Source of the DNA: the human T2T-CHM13v2.0 reference genome, Homo sapiens
DNA: 64,000 bases
Strand: one strand, 5' to 3'
NCBI RefSeq assembly: GCF_009914755.1
Contig: NC_060936.1
Below are positions 28,093 to 40,568 of the stretch, one piece after another. Both the position numbers and the translations under genes were made by a program. The notes under the pieces are model-generated. The model did not search any database, had not been told where the DNA came from, and saw only the letters and a program-made list of their open reading frames with translations. Every line of letters starts with the position of its first letter. Positions within the stretch are counted from its first letter, which is position 1.

Positions 28093-30989
28093 ACAGGGTA
28101 AAGAGATCACTCAATTACAAAAATCAGTAATGAAAGATAAAGAGTGAACATCACTTCCAGACTAACAGAAATAAATAGTACTGTACTACTATCAGTAGTA
28201 TGCCAAAAAATAAGATAACCTAGATAAAATGGACACATTTCTAGAAAAACACAAACTACCAAAACTGACTCAAAAGAAAATAGAAAATCTAAATAGTCCT
28301 ATAACAAGGAACGTGCTAGAAGTAATCATTTTGAAACTTCCCATAAAAATACCTAGATGTAAATGGCTTTACTGATGAATGGTTTACTATCAAACACATA
28401 AAGATAAATTAACATCAACCCTTCACAGACTCAAAAAAAAAAAAGTAGAGAGAATGAGGAAATGCTAACTCATGATGCACAGCTGATATTGTCCTGATAC
28501 CAAATCCAGACAAAGATATCACAAAAGAAAGTAAAAGATCAATTTTCTTTATAAATATAAATAAAAAGAATCCTCAATAAAATGCTAGAAAAGTGAACAC
28601 ATAATGTATAAAAAGGATTGGGCTTCATAACTAAATAGGATTTATCCCAGGAATGCAAGGTTGATTTAATATATGAAAATCAATCAATATAATAAATCCT
28701 ATTAACAGGTTAAAGGACAAAAACCACATGATTACATCAAAAGACTCATAAAAAGCATTTTGCAAAATTCAACACTCTTTCATGTTAAAACACTTAACAA
28801 GTTAAGAATAAAAGACAACTTCCTTAATCAAATAAAAAGCATATACAAAATTACAGAGCTACATTATATTTAATGGTAAAACATGAAATATTTTCCCTGA
28901 GATCAGATACCAAAAAAAGACTTCCATTATCACCACTTACATTCAACATTGTACCAGAGGCTCTGGTCAGAGAAGTTAGGCAAGAAAAATAAATAAAATA
29001 CATTCATATTGGAAAAAGTAAAATTATCTCTATTTTCAGATCACATGATCTTGAATATTGAAGAAGTCTAAGGAATCCACAAGAAACTGTGATAACTACT
29101 GAGTTCAACAAGTTTTCAGAATACAAGATCAATATACAAAAATCAACTGGATTTCTACAAATTAGCAATGAACAATCACAAATAAAATTAAGAAAACAAT
29201 TCTATTTATAATAGCATCAAAAAGAATAAAATAATAAGAAATGCATTTAATAAAACATGAGCACGACTTGTTCACTGAAAAATATAAAACATTGTGAAAT
29301 AAATTTTCAAAAACCAAAATAAATGGAAGGACATGACCCATGTTCATGGATCAGAAAATTTAATGTTTTTAAAATGGAAATATTCCCCAAGTTGACCTAC
29401 AGATTCAACACAGTCTAAATCAAAATGCCATCTGCCTTTGTTTTTCTTTTTTTTTTTTTTTTTTTTTTTTTTGCAGAAATTGACAAGCAGATTCTAAAAT
29501 TCGTATAAAAATTTAAGGAAACTTGAATTGCTGAAACAATTTTTAAAAGAACAAAGTTGGTGGACTTGCATGGCCTAGTTTTAATACTTACCTCAAAGCA
29601 ACAATGATCAAGACCGTGTAGTATTAGCATCAATGGAATAGAATTGAGAGCCCAGAAATAAATCTGTATATCTATGACCAATTAATCTTCAACAGAAGTG
29701 CCAAGACAATTCAATGGGAAAATAATAGTCTTTTCAAAAAATGATGCTAGAATAACTAGATATCAACATGCAAAATAATGAACTTGAACCCCTTGCTTGT
29801 ACCATATTCAAAGCAGACCATAATTATAAATGTAAGAGCTAAGACATTAAAACTCTTGGAAGAAAACAAATGAGTACATCTTAATGACCTGGGATTGGGC
29901 CTTGAATGGTTTCTTAGGTATGACACCAAAAGCACAAGCAAAAAAGAAAAAAATAGATAAATTGGTCTTCATCGAAATTAAAAGCTTTTGTACTTCAAGG
30001 GACACCACCAAAAAAGTGAAAGGGGAGCTCACAGATTGAGAGAAAATACTTGCCGATTGTATGTCTGCTAATAGACTTGTATTCAGAATGTATGAATAAC
30101 TCTTGCAAATCAAAAACAAAATCATAAATAACCGTGTTTTTTAATGGGCAAAAGATTTAAATAGTCATTTCTCCAAAAGACATATAAGTGGCCAAAATGA
30201 ACATATAAAGATATTCAACATCCTTTGTCATTAAGGAAATGCAAATCACAACCACAATGAGACATCAGTTCACATACTCTAGGATGACTTTAATCAAAAA
30301 GAGATACAATAGCCAATGTTTGATAAGGATGTAGAAAAACTAAAAGCCTCATATATTTCTGGCGTGATTGTAAAATGGTACAGCCAGTTTTAAAATGTGT
30401 TTGGCAGTTCTTTCAAAGGTTAAACATGGAATTACCATATGACTTAGAAATTCCTCTTCTACATATATACCTAACAGAAATGAAAACATATGTCCACACA
30501 AAAACTTGTATACAAATATTCATAACAGCACTATTCATAATAGCTGAAAAGTAGGAATAACTTCAATGTCCACCAACTGAGGAATGGATAAACAAAATGT
30601 ACTCTATCCACACAATAAAATATTTTTCAGCAATAGCAGGAATAAAGTACTGATAACTTGATACGTAGAGGAAACTTGAAGGTATTATGCTAGGTGAAAG
30701 AAGCCAGACACAAAAGGCCACACATTGGTTGATTCTATTTACATGAATTGTCTAGGATAAGCAAGTCCATGGAGACAGAAAGTGGATTACTGGTCATTAG
30801 GATCTGGGGGGCAGAGCAGAGTGGGGAGTGAATGTTCATGAGTATAGGGATTCTTTTTGTGATGATGAAAATGTACCAGAATTAGTGCACAACTCTGTGA
30901 ATATACCAAAAACCACTTAATTGTACAAAATTATTCTTAAAATCCCTGAAGTGCTTAGCGTACGTTTGTTGTATTTGGAAAGAATGGTT

Positions 30990-31425
30990 TATCAAGTAGG
31001 ACTCTTTTGATTGCAAGTAACAGAAAATCCAATGTCAATTTGCTTAAGCAACAAAAGGGAATTTGTGGGCTTATATAACAAAAGTGTGTGCTTCAAAAGT
31101 GACTTCTAAAGGCTCAAATGATGTTGGCAGGCTTTGTTCTGCTCCTTATTGTGTTGATTTCAACCTCAGATCATCTCAGGTTCAAATCTGGAGGAGAAAT
31201 TTCCCTGCCTCTCTCAGAAATCCCAGCAAAAATCTCATTCACTGAGATTGGGTCATATGTTCATCCCTGAACCAATCACTTTGGCTAAGGAAGGCCTGCT
31301 TCATATATGTTGCAGGATCACAAAAATTTAGTGACTAAGAGAAGAAATTCCCAGCGCTGTTACCAAATGGGAAAAGTAGAGGAAATGGATACCAAGGAGC
31401 CATACGATAGCAAATATCCATAATC
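30990..31425 (-). mobile_element. Old MLT1 (J/K/L-type) LTR
   Basis: AGGACTCTTTTGATTGCAAGTAACAGAAAATCCAA..GCTTAAGCAACAAAAGGGAATTT; similar element at 51.2-51.6 kb. Confidence 0.6.
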
Positions 31426-31583
31426 AACAGGAAAAGTTTGCCAAAATAGGAAATCAATACAGCACAGCTTAGAATCTTGGCACATGGAGTACTCCTAAAT
31501 ACACAGTTTCTTCTCTCAATTTTAGCTCTTAATCCTTTGAATTCAAATAATGTTTGAATTACAATTCACATTTAGTGTTTATA

Positions 31584-33300
31584 CAGGCATACCTTGGAGA
31601 TATTTCCAGTTTGGTTCCTGACCACTACAATAAAGGGAGTATCATGATAAAGTGAGTCACATGATTTTTAGATTTCCTAGTGCATATAAAAGTTATTTTA
31701 CACTATATTGTGGTCTATTAGATGTGTAATAGCATGTGTCTACAAAACGATGAATATACCTTAACTTAAAAATACTTCATTGCTTAAAAAATGCTAATTA
31801 TCATCTGAGCCTTCAGTGAGCCATAATCTTTTTGCTGGTGGAGGGTCTTGCCTTGATGTTGACGGCTGCTGATTGATCAGTGTGGTGGCTGCTAAAGGCT
31901 GAGGTGGCTGTGGCAACTTCTTAAAATAACAAAACAATGAAGGTTGCCTCATTGATGGACTGTCCCTTTCACAAAAGATTTCTTTGCAGCATGCAATGCC
32001 ATTTGATAGGGTTTTACCCACAGTAGAACTCCCTTCAAAACTGGAGTTAATCCTCTCAAATTCTGGCACTGCCTTATCAACTAAGTTTATGTAATATTCT
32101 AAACTGTTTGTTGTTATTTCAACAACATTCCCAGTATCTTCACCAGGAGCAGATTCCATGTCAAGAAAGCACTTTCTTTGCTCATCCAAAGGAAGCAACT
32201 CCTCCTCTGTTCAGGTTTTATCATGAGATTGCAGCAATTCAGTCACATCTTCAGACCCCATCCCCACCTTTTTTTTGTTTTGTTTTTAAAGAAACAGGGT
32301 CTCGCTTCATCACCCAGGCTGGAACAGTGTCGCTGTGGTGAGATCATAACTCACTGTAATCGCAAACTCCTGGACTCAAATAATCCTTCTGCCTCAGCCT
32401 CCCAAGTAACTGGGACTACAGGTGCACAGCAACATGCTTGGCTAATTTTTATGTTTTTTTGTAGACACAGGGTTTTGCTACGTTGCCTAGGCTGGTTTCA
32501 AACTCTGGGCCTCAAGAATCCTCCCACCGCAGCCTCCAGAAGCATTGGGATTATAGGTATGAGCTACTGTGTCCAGCCAGGCTCCACTTCTAATTCTAGT
32601 TCTCTTACTATTTCCACTGCATCTGCAGTTACTTCCTCCACTGAAGTTTTGAACTCCTCAAAGTCACCCAGGAGGGCTGGAACCAACTTCTTCCAAACTC
32701 CTGTTAATGTTGATATGTTCACCTCCTCTCGTGAATCACAAATGTTCTTAATGGTGTCTAGAATAGTGAATTATTTCTAGAAGGCTTTCTATTTACTTTG
32801 CTCAAATCCATCAGAGAAATCACTATCTGTGGCAGCTATAGCCACAGATATAGTCATAGCTATAGTCCTTTGAAACGTATTTCTTAAATAATAAGATTTG
32901 TAAGTCAAATTTACTTCTTGATCTATGGGCTTCAGAATGGATGTTGTGATAGTAGGCATAAAAACAATGTTAATCTCTTTGTAATTCTCCATCAGAGCTC
33001 TTGGGTGACTAGGTGCACTGTCACTGAGCAGTAATATTTTGAATCTTTTTTTCTAAGCAGTAGGTCTCAATAGCAAGCCTAAAATATTCAGTAAACCTTG
33101 CTGTAATCAGATGTGCTCTCATCCAGGCTTTACTGTTCTGTTTGGAGAGCACAGGCAGAGTTGATTTAACATAGTTCTTAAGGGCCTTAAAATTTTCAGA
33201 ATGATAAATGATTGGCTTCAACTTAAAGTCACCAGCTGCCTTAGCTCCTAACAACAGAGTCAGCTTGTCCTTTGAAACTCTGAAGCCAGGCATTGATTTC
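31584..33300 (-). mobile_element. Tigger1 DNA transposon, 3' ~1.4 kb with transposase remnant, interrupted by AluJ
   Basis: TIR CAGGCATACCT after TA; minus ORFs read Tigger1/TIGD1-like peptides ([27 protein letters not shown]; [32 protein letters not shown]); frameshifted. Confidence 0.93.
32269..32578 (-). mobile_element. AluJ inside Tigger1
   Basis: Antisense J-type Alu; Tigger1 continues at AGGCTCCACTTCTAATTC. Confidence 0.9.
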
Positions 33301-33312
33301 TCATTGATTTCT

Positions 33313-33361
33313 CTGGGTGACAGAGCCAGGCTCCATCTCAAAAAAAAAAAAAAAAAAAAAA
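33313..33361 (+). mobile_element. Alu 3' tip plus poly(A)
   Basis: CTGGGTGACAGAGCCAGGCTCCATCTC followed by A22. Confidence 0.85.
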
Positions 33362-33374
33362 GACAGAATAGGAG

Positions 33375-33631
33375 AAGACATGGGAGGGAATGGCCTGTGA
33401 AGGTAGGGGCAAGAAATTGGAGTGATGCCACCACCATGAATGCTCACAGCAGGCAGAAGTTGGAAAAGGCAAGGAATAGATTTGACCCTCGAGTACCCAG
33501 TATGAATGCTGCCCTGCAGACACCTTGATTTTGGACTTCTGCACAGCACGGCTGTGAAATAATACATTTCAGTTGTTTTAGACCACCAAGTTTATGGTGA
33601 TTTGTTAGGGCAGCCCTAGGAAACCGATACA
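33375..33631 (+). mobile_element. MLT1 (C/D-type) LTR, 3' part
   Basis: GAAGTTGGAAAAGGCAAGGAATAGATT...ACACCTTGATTTTGGACTTCTG...GGCAGCCCTAGGAAACCGATACA. Confidence 0.8.
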
Positions 33632-33687
33632 CTCTGATATTACACTCTGATATTGATATAGACAGTAGAGTTGGAAAGAATTGTGTC

Positions 33688-34073
33688 AGCCAGGCACGGT
33701 GGCTTACGCCTATAATCCCAGCACTTTGGGAGGCTGAGGCGGGCAGATCAAGAGGTCAGGAGTTCGAGACCAGTCTGGCCAACATAGTGAAACCCCGTCT
33801 CTACTAAAACTACAAAAAATTAGCCAGGCATGGTGGTATGTGCCTGTAATCCCAGCTACTCAGGAGGCTGAGGCAGGAGAATCGCATGAACCCTGGAGGC
33901 GGAGGTTACAGTGAGCCGAGATTGCGCCACTGCGTGCCAGCCTGGGTGACAGAATGAGATTCCATCTCAAAAAGAAAAAAAGAAGAAAGATGAAAGAAAG
34001 AAAGAAAAGAAAGAAAGAAGGAAGGAAAGAAAGAAGGGAAGAAAGAAAGAAGGAAAGAAAGAAAGAGAGAGAG

Positions 34074-34124
<51 letters not shown>

Positions 34125-34127
34125 AAA
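33688..34127 (+). mobile_element. AluSg-like with tail expanded into a (GAAA)n microsatellite
   Basis: Alu body to ~33968; TSD GGAAAG(A/G)ATTGTGTC at 33673-33687 and 34128-34142 encloses the STR. Confidence 0.93.
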
Positions 34128-34538
34128 GGAAAGGATTGTGTCTATTTTACAAACTTTGATTTTCAAAACATTTAAATAGACCTTAAGGCTATTTTAAATC
34201 AGATATCATACTTTTTTTCTACAGGAGCAGGTAGATTAAAAGTCATTTTTCTTTACTCTTCCATATTCTTTCCCATCTCTAAAACATAACAAAGAAAAAA
34301 TGGCAAATAAAAGTCTAGGGAAAAACCTCTCAAACTTAGATTAATGTGAAATTAAAAGGGGAAAATATACACTGATATTTCAAGAAGCTTGTGAGAGAAG
34401 AGGAGAACGATCTGTAGATAAACGGGTGCTAAAGGTAAAAAGAAGTTATGTTTTATTTTTGTTTTTGGAATTGGAAAGAATTAAGCAAGTTTCAGACTTG
34501 ACTAAGGGGAATCTATAATTAGAGAAGGAATGTAGTTA

Positions 34539-34890
34539 CAGCCTGAGTATCTCTCATTCTAAATACTTGGGACCAGAAGTGTTTCAGATTTCATATTTTT
34601 CTCAGATTTTGGAATATTTACAAATACACAGTAAGATATCTTGGAGATATACCAGTTAGAGCTTAGCCCAAGTCTAAACACGAAATTTATTTATGTTACA
34701 TATACACCTTATGCACAAAACCTGAAGGTAATTTTATACAATAGTTTAAATAATTCTGTTCATGAAATAAGGTTTGTATTAAGTACTTATTTGTGGAATT
34801 TTCCACTTGTGACACATGTCAGCACTCAAAAAGTTTTCAATTCTGCAGTATTTTTAATTTTGGATTTTCAGATTAGGGATGCTCAACCTG
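34539..34890. mobile_element. Tigger4b/MER46B-like element
   Basis: TA-CAGCCTGAGTATC...GATGCTCAACCTG-TA; opposite orientation to the copy at 4284-4762. Confidence 0.85.
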
Positions 34891-35549
34891 TATGGAACAG
34901 AAAGAGGGGGACTGATACAGTCAAGTTTGTTAAGGAGGCTGGGGGGAAAGAGTTACTGGCACAGGGAGCCACAGGCATTGTGAATGAAAAGATGGAGACC
35001 TTCTCATTAAATACTAGAAGAAGGGTGGTCAAGATGGCTGTGGCTGTGAAGAGCTTTTAGATAAAGGTTAAACGGATAAAGACAATCACACCTAACGTGA
35101 TGATCTTATGTTTTTCTCTATGAAAATCTGTATCTTCTAAAGTTGAGGGGTGAGGAGTGAGTAGGTGCCTGGGGGAACAGAGAGCTCTTCAGCATTGCTG
35201 AGGAGAGTGGCAGAAGCAGCTCATCTAGTACAGGTAGAGACTTTGAAGAGTGCGTCAGGCTGAGGGGCTGGCTGGGCCTGGAGGTCCTACTTGGTGGTAG
35301 CCATGTTCAGTTTTGAGATTGCTCCAGGATGATGAAAGAAGATTAGAGGCGGAGTCTAGAGCACTGAGACTTAGGGTTGGATTTCCAGTGTGTGCAGTCA
35401 GGAAAGAGAAGGAATGGAAGTACTGAGGTCCTCTTGGGATTACAAGCCAAGTGCAGTGAGAGAGGATTCGAGTTGGAAGGTGACCATTGAGATTAAGAGG
35501 CACTGTTAAAAGTCTCGAAGACTGCCAGAGAAATCCAAATAAAGTCTGT

Positions 35550-35712
35550 CATTTGGTTAATAGCATTCTCCCAAGGTGAGTTTTGATAAATGTACCACGG
35601 CTGTATAAGATGTTAGCATTAGAAGAAGCTAGGTAAAGAATATGCCAGAACTCTATACTATCTTTGCAACTCTTTTGTAAACCTGAAATCATTTCAGAAT
35701 AAAAAATGTTAA
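35550..35712 (+). mobile_element. L1MC/MD 3' terminal fragment
   Basis: GAACTCTATACTATCTTTGCAACTCTTTTGTAAACCTGAAATCATTTCAGAATAAAAA. Confidence 0.7.
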
Positions 35713-38700
35713 AAGTCATGGGTTTTTGTTTTGTTGTTGTCTTGTTTTGTTTTGGTTGCTCACTGAAATCTTGAAGAAGCATCATGGTCAATATTCTTCT
35801 TTCCATTGCACAGATAAGTTTTCTTTAACTACATGTAATGGCCATAAAGATGTACGCTATAAAATTCACCAAATCTACATTAGAACAGAGAAAGTAATCC
35901 AGAGACTTTGATCCCAGCCTAACACTGTAGCCCGATCACCTCCATCATCCCTTTCCTTCCAACCCAGGGTGGCCAACCACACCCCTCCCCAGCTGGTCAC
36001 GATTTCTCAGCAGGCCTATCATTTTCAGAAGGTGCTGGAAGACCAAACAAGTGTAATATCTCTGTAAGGCAAGATTCTGGTTGCCCCAGATCAGAGGGTC
36101 TGAGGTCCTGTTGGGGATAGGGTGGGCCAAAGCTGGGGGATGCTGTCAGAGAAATTAGGAAGACTGTGCTTTAAGCCTCTCCTTCTGGGACTCTCAGCTG
36201 TGGCTAATCCCTGCTCTGTGTTCAAACATGTGGATTACACCAGGGAAATTACCCACATCTAGTCACGAGGCGACAAAACCGTGTCATCTCAACCCATTGC
36301 TGCCAAGGGAAAACTTGTTCATTTCCTCTCACAGGTCTCAAACCTTTCTTTTGTGGCGCAGCCTCATATTCAATGTCAATGCAAAAGTGGAGCACCTGGA
36401 AGGGAATATGCTCTAAGAGGCAGTGACGCATTTTTTGGTCCCCTGACCTGCATGGGAACTTGCAGAGTCAGACCTTTCTCTCAGTGGAGTGGCTACTCTG
36501 CCCTGGTACTAATTTCTGTAAAAAAAAAAAATTAGTCTTCACAGCACCTTTATGAAGTAGGCATTATTTTATTTTATTTTACCTATTTTATAGATGAGGA
36601 GCCTCAAATGCAGAGAATTTAAGCATATGCCCAAGGTGAAAGAGCTGGTATATGGAAGAACAAAAGAAGTGCCCTTAGGACCCTGGAGGGAGGCTTGCCT
36701 TTTGAGGATTCCCTCTCTAGGTGATGGGGGGTCCCCAGGGCCAATGTGGTCCTCTCCTCCAGGAGGTGCTCAGCCAGTGTCTGTTTCAGTCTGGAGTAGC
36801 ACGAGAACTCCTACATCCATCCCTCACATCTGGGTGTCCAAGGCTTGTAGCAACGAACTCATGAGTTAACAAATTTGAGGTGAATTTCACACAAATGAGA
36901 GATATTTCCTTCTGGCCATTGTCTGCCAGTAAATGCCCAATGAATGGGAAATAATTCAGCATCAATATCAACATCATAGATCCACAGGAAGAGCCTCAGC
37001 GAGGGGTCTACTCCCCATTTTCAAACGCATAGGCACATGGACAATAAATAACTTGCTTAAGATGATGCAGACATGCTGTGTGGAGCCAGGCCTAGAACCC
37101 AGGGCTATCTGTCTACTACTCTGGTGACTTTCAGCTGCACTATGATGCTGCTTACATGTGATTTTATATCTGCTGATGGTGCAAAGAACTGAACTTTAAG
37201 CATCACTGCAGGAGATACAAACAAAAGTTAAAGACTACCTCTCAGCAGTTCAGAATGGGGGGCTAGAATGAATGAATAAATGAAGAGTAAATGGACAAAT
37301 GAATGAATCCAGATTCCAGGGACTCAGAATTGCTGCCTCTCCCCAGACCTACTGTAGGGTCTAATCAGGGCCTTTGCAGCATCACTGATCAATTGCACAC
37401 CCTCTAGATAATATAAGAATTGATTCTCAATGTGCCCTGACTGGTTCCTACACAGACCAGAAATCAGGAGGCCTGGGTTCTGGTCCCAGCCCTGCCATTG
37501 TCATACTGGGTGATGTGTGCCTTTATCACTGTGGCCCTGGGTTTCTTCAGCTGTAAGGAGGGTAGATTTGGCTAGACGATTGCTTCCCAGCCGTTTTGAG
37601 CCACACTACTCTACCTACAGGGAGCATCCCCTAGTGTGGGAGATCTCACTGCACAGGGAGTATTGCAAGGAGAAATGTCAAGGTGGGGAAGGGAAGCCAG
37701 GAACTTGCCAGAAATGAAGGTCAGGCAAGTGCTGCATCCACTGGGGGCCCCCATTTTCACTCTCTTTTATATCATTCCATTTGATGGGAGGCCAGGACCG
37801 AAGCAGAGGTTCTGCCGTTACCTGTTCCATTCTTCGTTCACAGCCTGGAGCCTTTGGAGTCCAGTATCAAGTCAGCTGCACACTAGGCCAGTAGGCCTAG
37901 GCTAAAATTGAGAAGTGGTTTAACTCAAAGCCAGATGCAGAGCAATGTAGTCAAAATAATTAAACACATATATGTGCAGGCTTGCTGACAAACAAAATAA
38001 GATAGCATCACTACTTCCAAGCAGCTGAAAAAACATGTAACAAGGAAGCATATGAAATAAGTGGCTAAGGATCCTTCCTAGGGTAGTTCAAAGAGCTGGG
38101 AGGAGTTTTGTAAGAAATAACCAACCAAGTCTGTGGGAGAGGCCAGAGTTTGGGGCTTGTTCTTACGGGCTGAGTGACCACAGCCAAGTCACTATCACAT
38201 TCTGAGCACTTTTCCCAGGTAACCTCAGCGGGAGCCGGGGCACATTTTCCAAGATTATCAAAAGGGTTATCTGTAAAAGAAATGGAAAAAGAACTGGCCA
38301 AACATGGGAAGTTTTACTGATGAGCCAGAAGAGAAAAATGGATGGCTACTCCCACCTAAAAGCTAATACCTGCTCCTCCCCTCTGGCCCATCCCTCTGCA
38401 ACGGCACCTGCAAGAGCTTACGCAGAGGGCCAGGCTTAGCTCCCATGGAGAACCCCGCAGAATTGATGCAATTCCTTGCAAACCTGTTCTCTAAGCAGGC
38501 TAATTTTCATGAGCCCGAATAAATCCTTCCTGTGACAATGAGTAATTTTTATGGTCTTTCTGCACTCATCTAACTAATTGCACATCTCACATTTTACAAT
38601 TTCCCCTCCCCCATCAGTACAAGAGTAGTGGTTAGCAATGACCTTAGCTTCTTCTCCCTCAGAACCTATTCAAAATAATTAGAGGGAGAAAATATATATG

Positions 38701-39039
38701 GCTAGGGTCTACCCAGTACAGTTACCCTCTTATCTCTTTCTCCTGTTGTTTTCCAGTCTATGTGGTTAAGTGAGCTGATGGTGGTTGAGAGGTCATGCAT
38801 GCTCTGAAGTGATGAAGTCCTATCAATGGCACAGTTAGCTCTCCACAGCCTTCTGTTGCCCTTTTATAAATTTAATGCAGCAAATTTTATCAGTGGCTAG
38901 CTGGAAGGATACAGAAATGCACAGACACGGAGTAGGAGGGGAAGATGGATGCATAAACAAATAAATCTGCCTGTCAGGGAGATGAAGGCATAACTTAGCT
39001 AGACCATGCCACTCAGTAGGGATCCAGAAAAAGAAGTCC

Positions 39040-39710
39040 TTTCTCTTAGTTGTCAAGAGAGGTGATGTTTGAGTTAAATCTTGAAACCTGAGTAGGAATT
39101 CTCCAGACAAGAGTTCCAAGGAAGTAGAATAATACATGCAATGGTTTACAACAGCCTTGCATGTTTGGGGAACTGCAGATGTTACAAACACTGCAAATAG
39201 CATGCAGGGTGTTGAGGTGGGGGACAGAAAAGCAACTAATGAGGCCAAAGGTGTTTGGCAGAGCAAAGTTCATGGAGACCTTTCAGGCCACCCAGGAGAG
39301 TTGCGGCTTTAATCTGAAGGCAGTGGGAGAACGTCAAAGGTTTTTGTTGTTATTGTTGTTGTTGTTGTTTAAATAACGAAGTAACACAGAATTTTGGAAG
39401 ATAGCTGCCTATAGTGTGGACCAGGGCAAGCCAGAGGAAGGGAGAAGAGTGAAGGAGGTTGTTTCATGGAAAGAGGCACAAAGGATGGAAAACAGGAACA
39501 AACCTCAAAGAAATACAAGTGTGAGAATCAACAGAGCTTAGTGACTGGTTTATTTGAGTAGTGATGGAGAAAGGAGGACATGAAATACTCTTAAGTGCCC
39601 CGAGGGATGATGGTACCATTCCTCAAGGTAAGGAACATAGGAGGTTTGGAGAGGGCGAGAGTGAACACAATTCAGACGTATGAAGTTGTAAATGTCAATG
39701 AGACATCTTA
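39040..39710 (-). mobile_element. L2 fragment
   Basis: Degenerate antisense L2 motifs (TTTGAGTTAAATCTTGAA, TTTAATCTGAAGGCAGTGGGA, GATGGTACCATTC). Confidence 0.55.
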
Positions 39711-39724
39711 ATAAAAAAAAGCTT

Positions 39725-40262
39725 TTTCCACTGATAACACCAAATGCTTCCAAAGATGTGGAGCAACAGAAACTCTCATTCATTGCTGGTGGGAATGCAA
39801 AACGGTGTAAACGCTTTGGAAGACAGTTTGGCAGTTTCTTATGAAACTAAACATAGTCTTACTATATGACCCAGCAATGACAATCCTTGGCATTTATTCA
39901 AGAGTTAAGAACTTTCATTCATGTAAAAACCTGCAAGAGTGTTTACAGCAGCTTTATTACAATTGCTGAAATTTGAAAGACACCAAGATATCCTCTAGTA
40001 GATTAATGAATAAGTTAACTGTGGTGCATATAGAAAATGAATATTATTCAGCAATAAAATGAGCTATCAAACCATAAAAAGACATGGAAGAACCTTTACA
40101 TGCACATTGCAAAGTGAAAGAATTCAATATGAAAAACTACATATTGTAAGATTCCTACTATATGACATTCTGGAAAGGCAAAACTATGGATATAGTAAGA
40201 ATATCAGTGGTTTCCGGGGGTTTGAAAGGAAGGTGGAAGGAATAAATAGGGAGAGCACAAGG
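39725..40262 (+). mobile_element. L1MC/MD ORF2 end and 3'UTR
   Basis: GATGTGGAGCAACAGAAACTCTCATTCATTGCTGGTGGGAATGCAAAA...GATTCCTACTATATGACATTCTGGAAAGGCAAAACTATGG. Confidence 0.85.
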
Positions 40263-40264
40263 AG

Positions 40265-40442
40265 TTTTTTTTTTAATCTTTATTTCAGTAGTTTTGGGGG
40301 TCAAGTAGCTTTTGTTACATGGATGAATTATAAAGTTGTGAATTTTGAGCTTTTACTGCACCTGTCACTTGAGTAGTGCATACTGTACCTAATGGTGTAG
40401 TTTTCTGTTTATCCCTAGCCTCATCCCCTGCCCTCCCACATC
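40265..40442 (-). mobile_element. L1PB-like 3' terminus
   Basis: Poly(T), then TTTATTTCAGTAGTTTTGGGGG..GTTACATGGATGAATT..CTGCACCTGTCAC. Confidence 0.75.
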
Positions 40443-40568
40443 TAGAATCCTAGCACATGACCATTGGAAGAGGCTTTATACCAGTTGCTACATCTTAAAT
40501 ATGGACAAATAAGTCCTAGAGAGAATAATGATATGACTGGTGTTGCCTAACATATTCTTAAAAATTCA

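Larger units (their letters stand above)
23940..30930 (+). mobile_element. Decayed, near-full-length L1M (L1MB-type 3' end)
   Basis: 5'UTR-like start; ORF1 remnants at ~25.2-26.0 kb; ORF2 endonuclease start TLIVVRFNVNKLNTSIKRKKL..FKDTNRLRVK (26493-26690); RT-region remnants; 3'UTR ending ~30930; many stops and indels. Confidence 0.85.

Noticed and set aside
32178-32780. Longest ORF (200 aa) and other ORFs with LSPRLECSG or [13 protein letters not shown] peptides
   Set aside because: Read-through of antisense Alu and Tigger1 sequence, a well-known artefact.
31794-33437. TIGD1-like ORFs as a domesticated transposase gene
   Set aside because: Frameshifted, split by an Alu and missing the N-terminus; a Tigger1 fossil.
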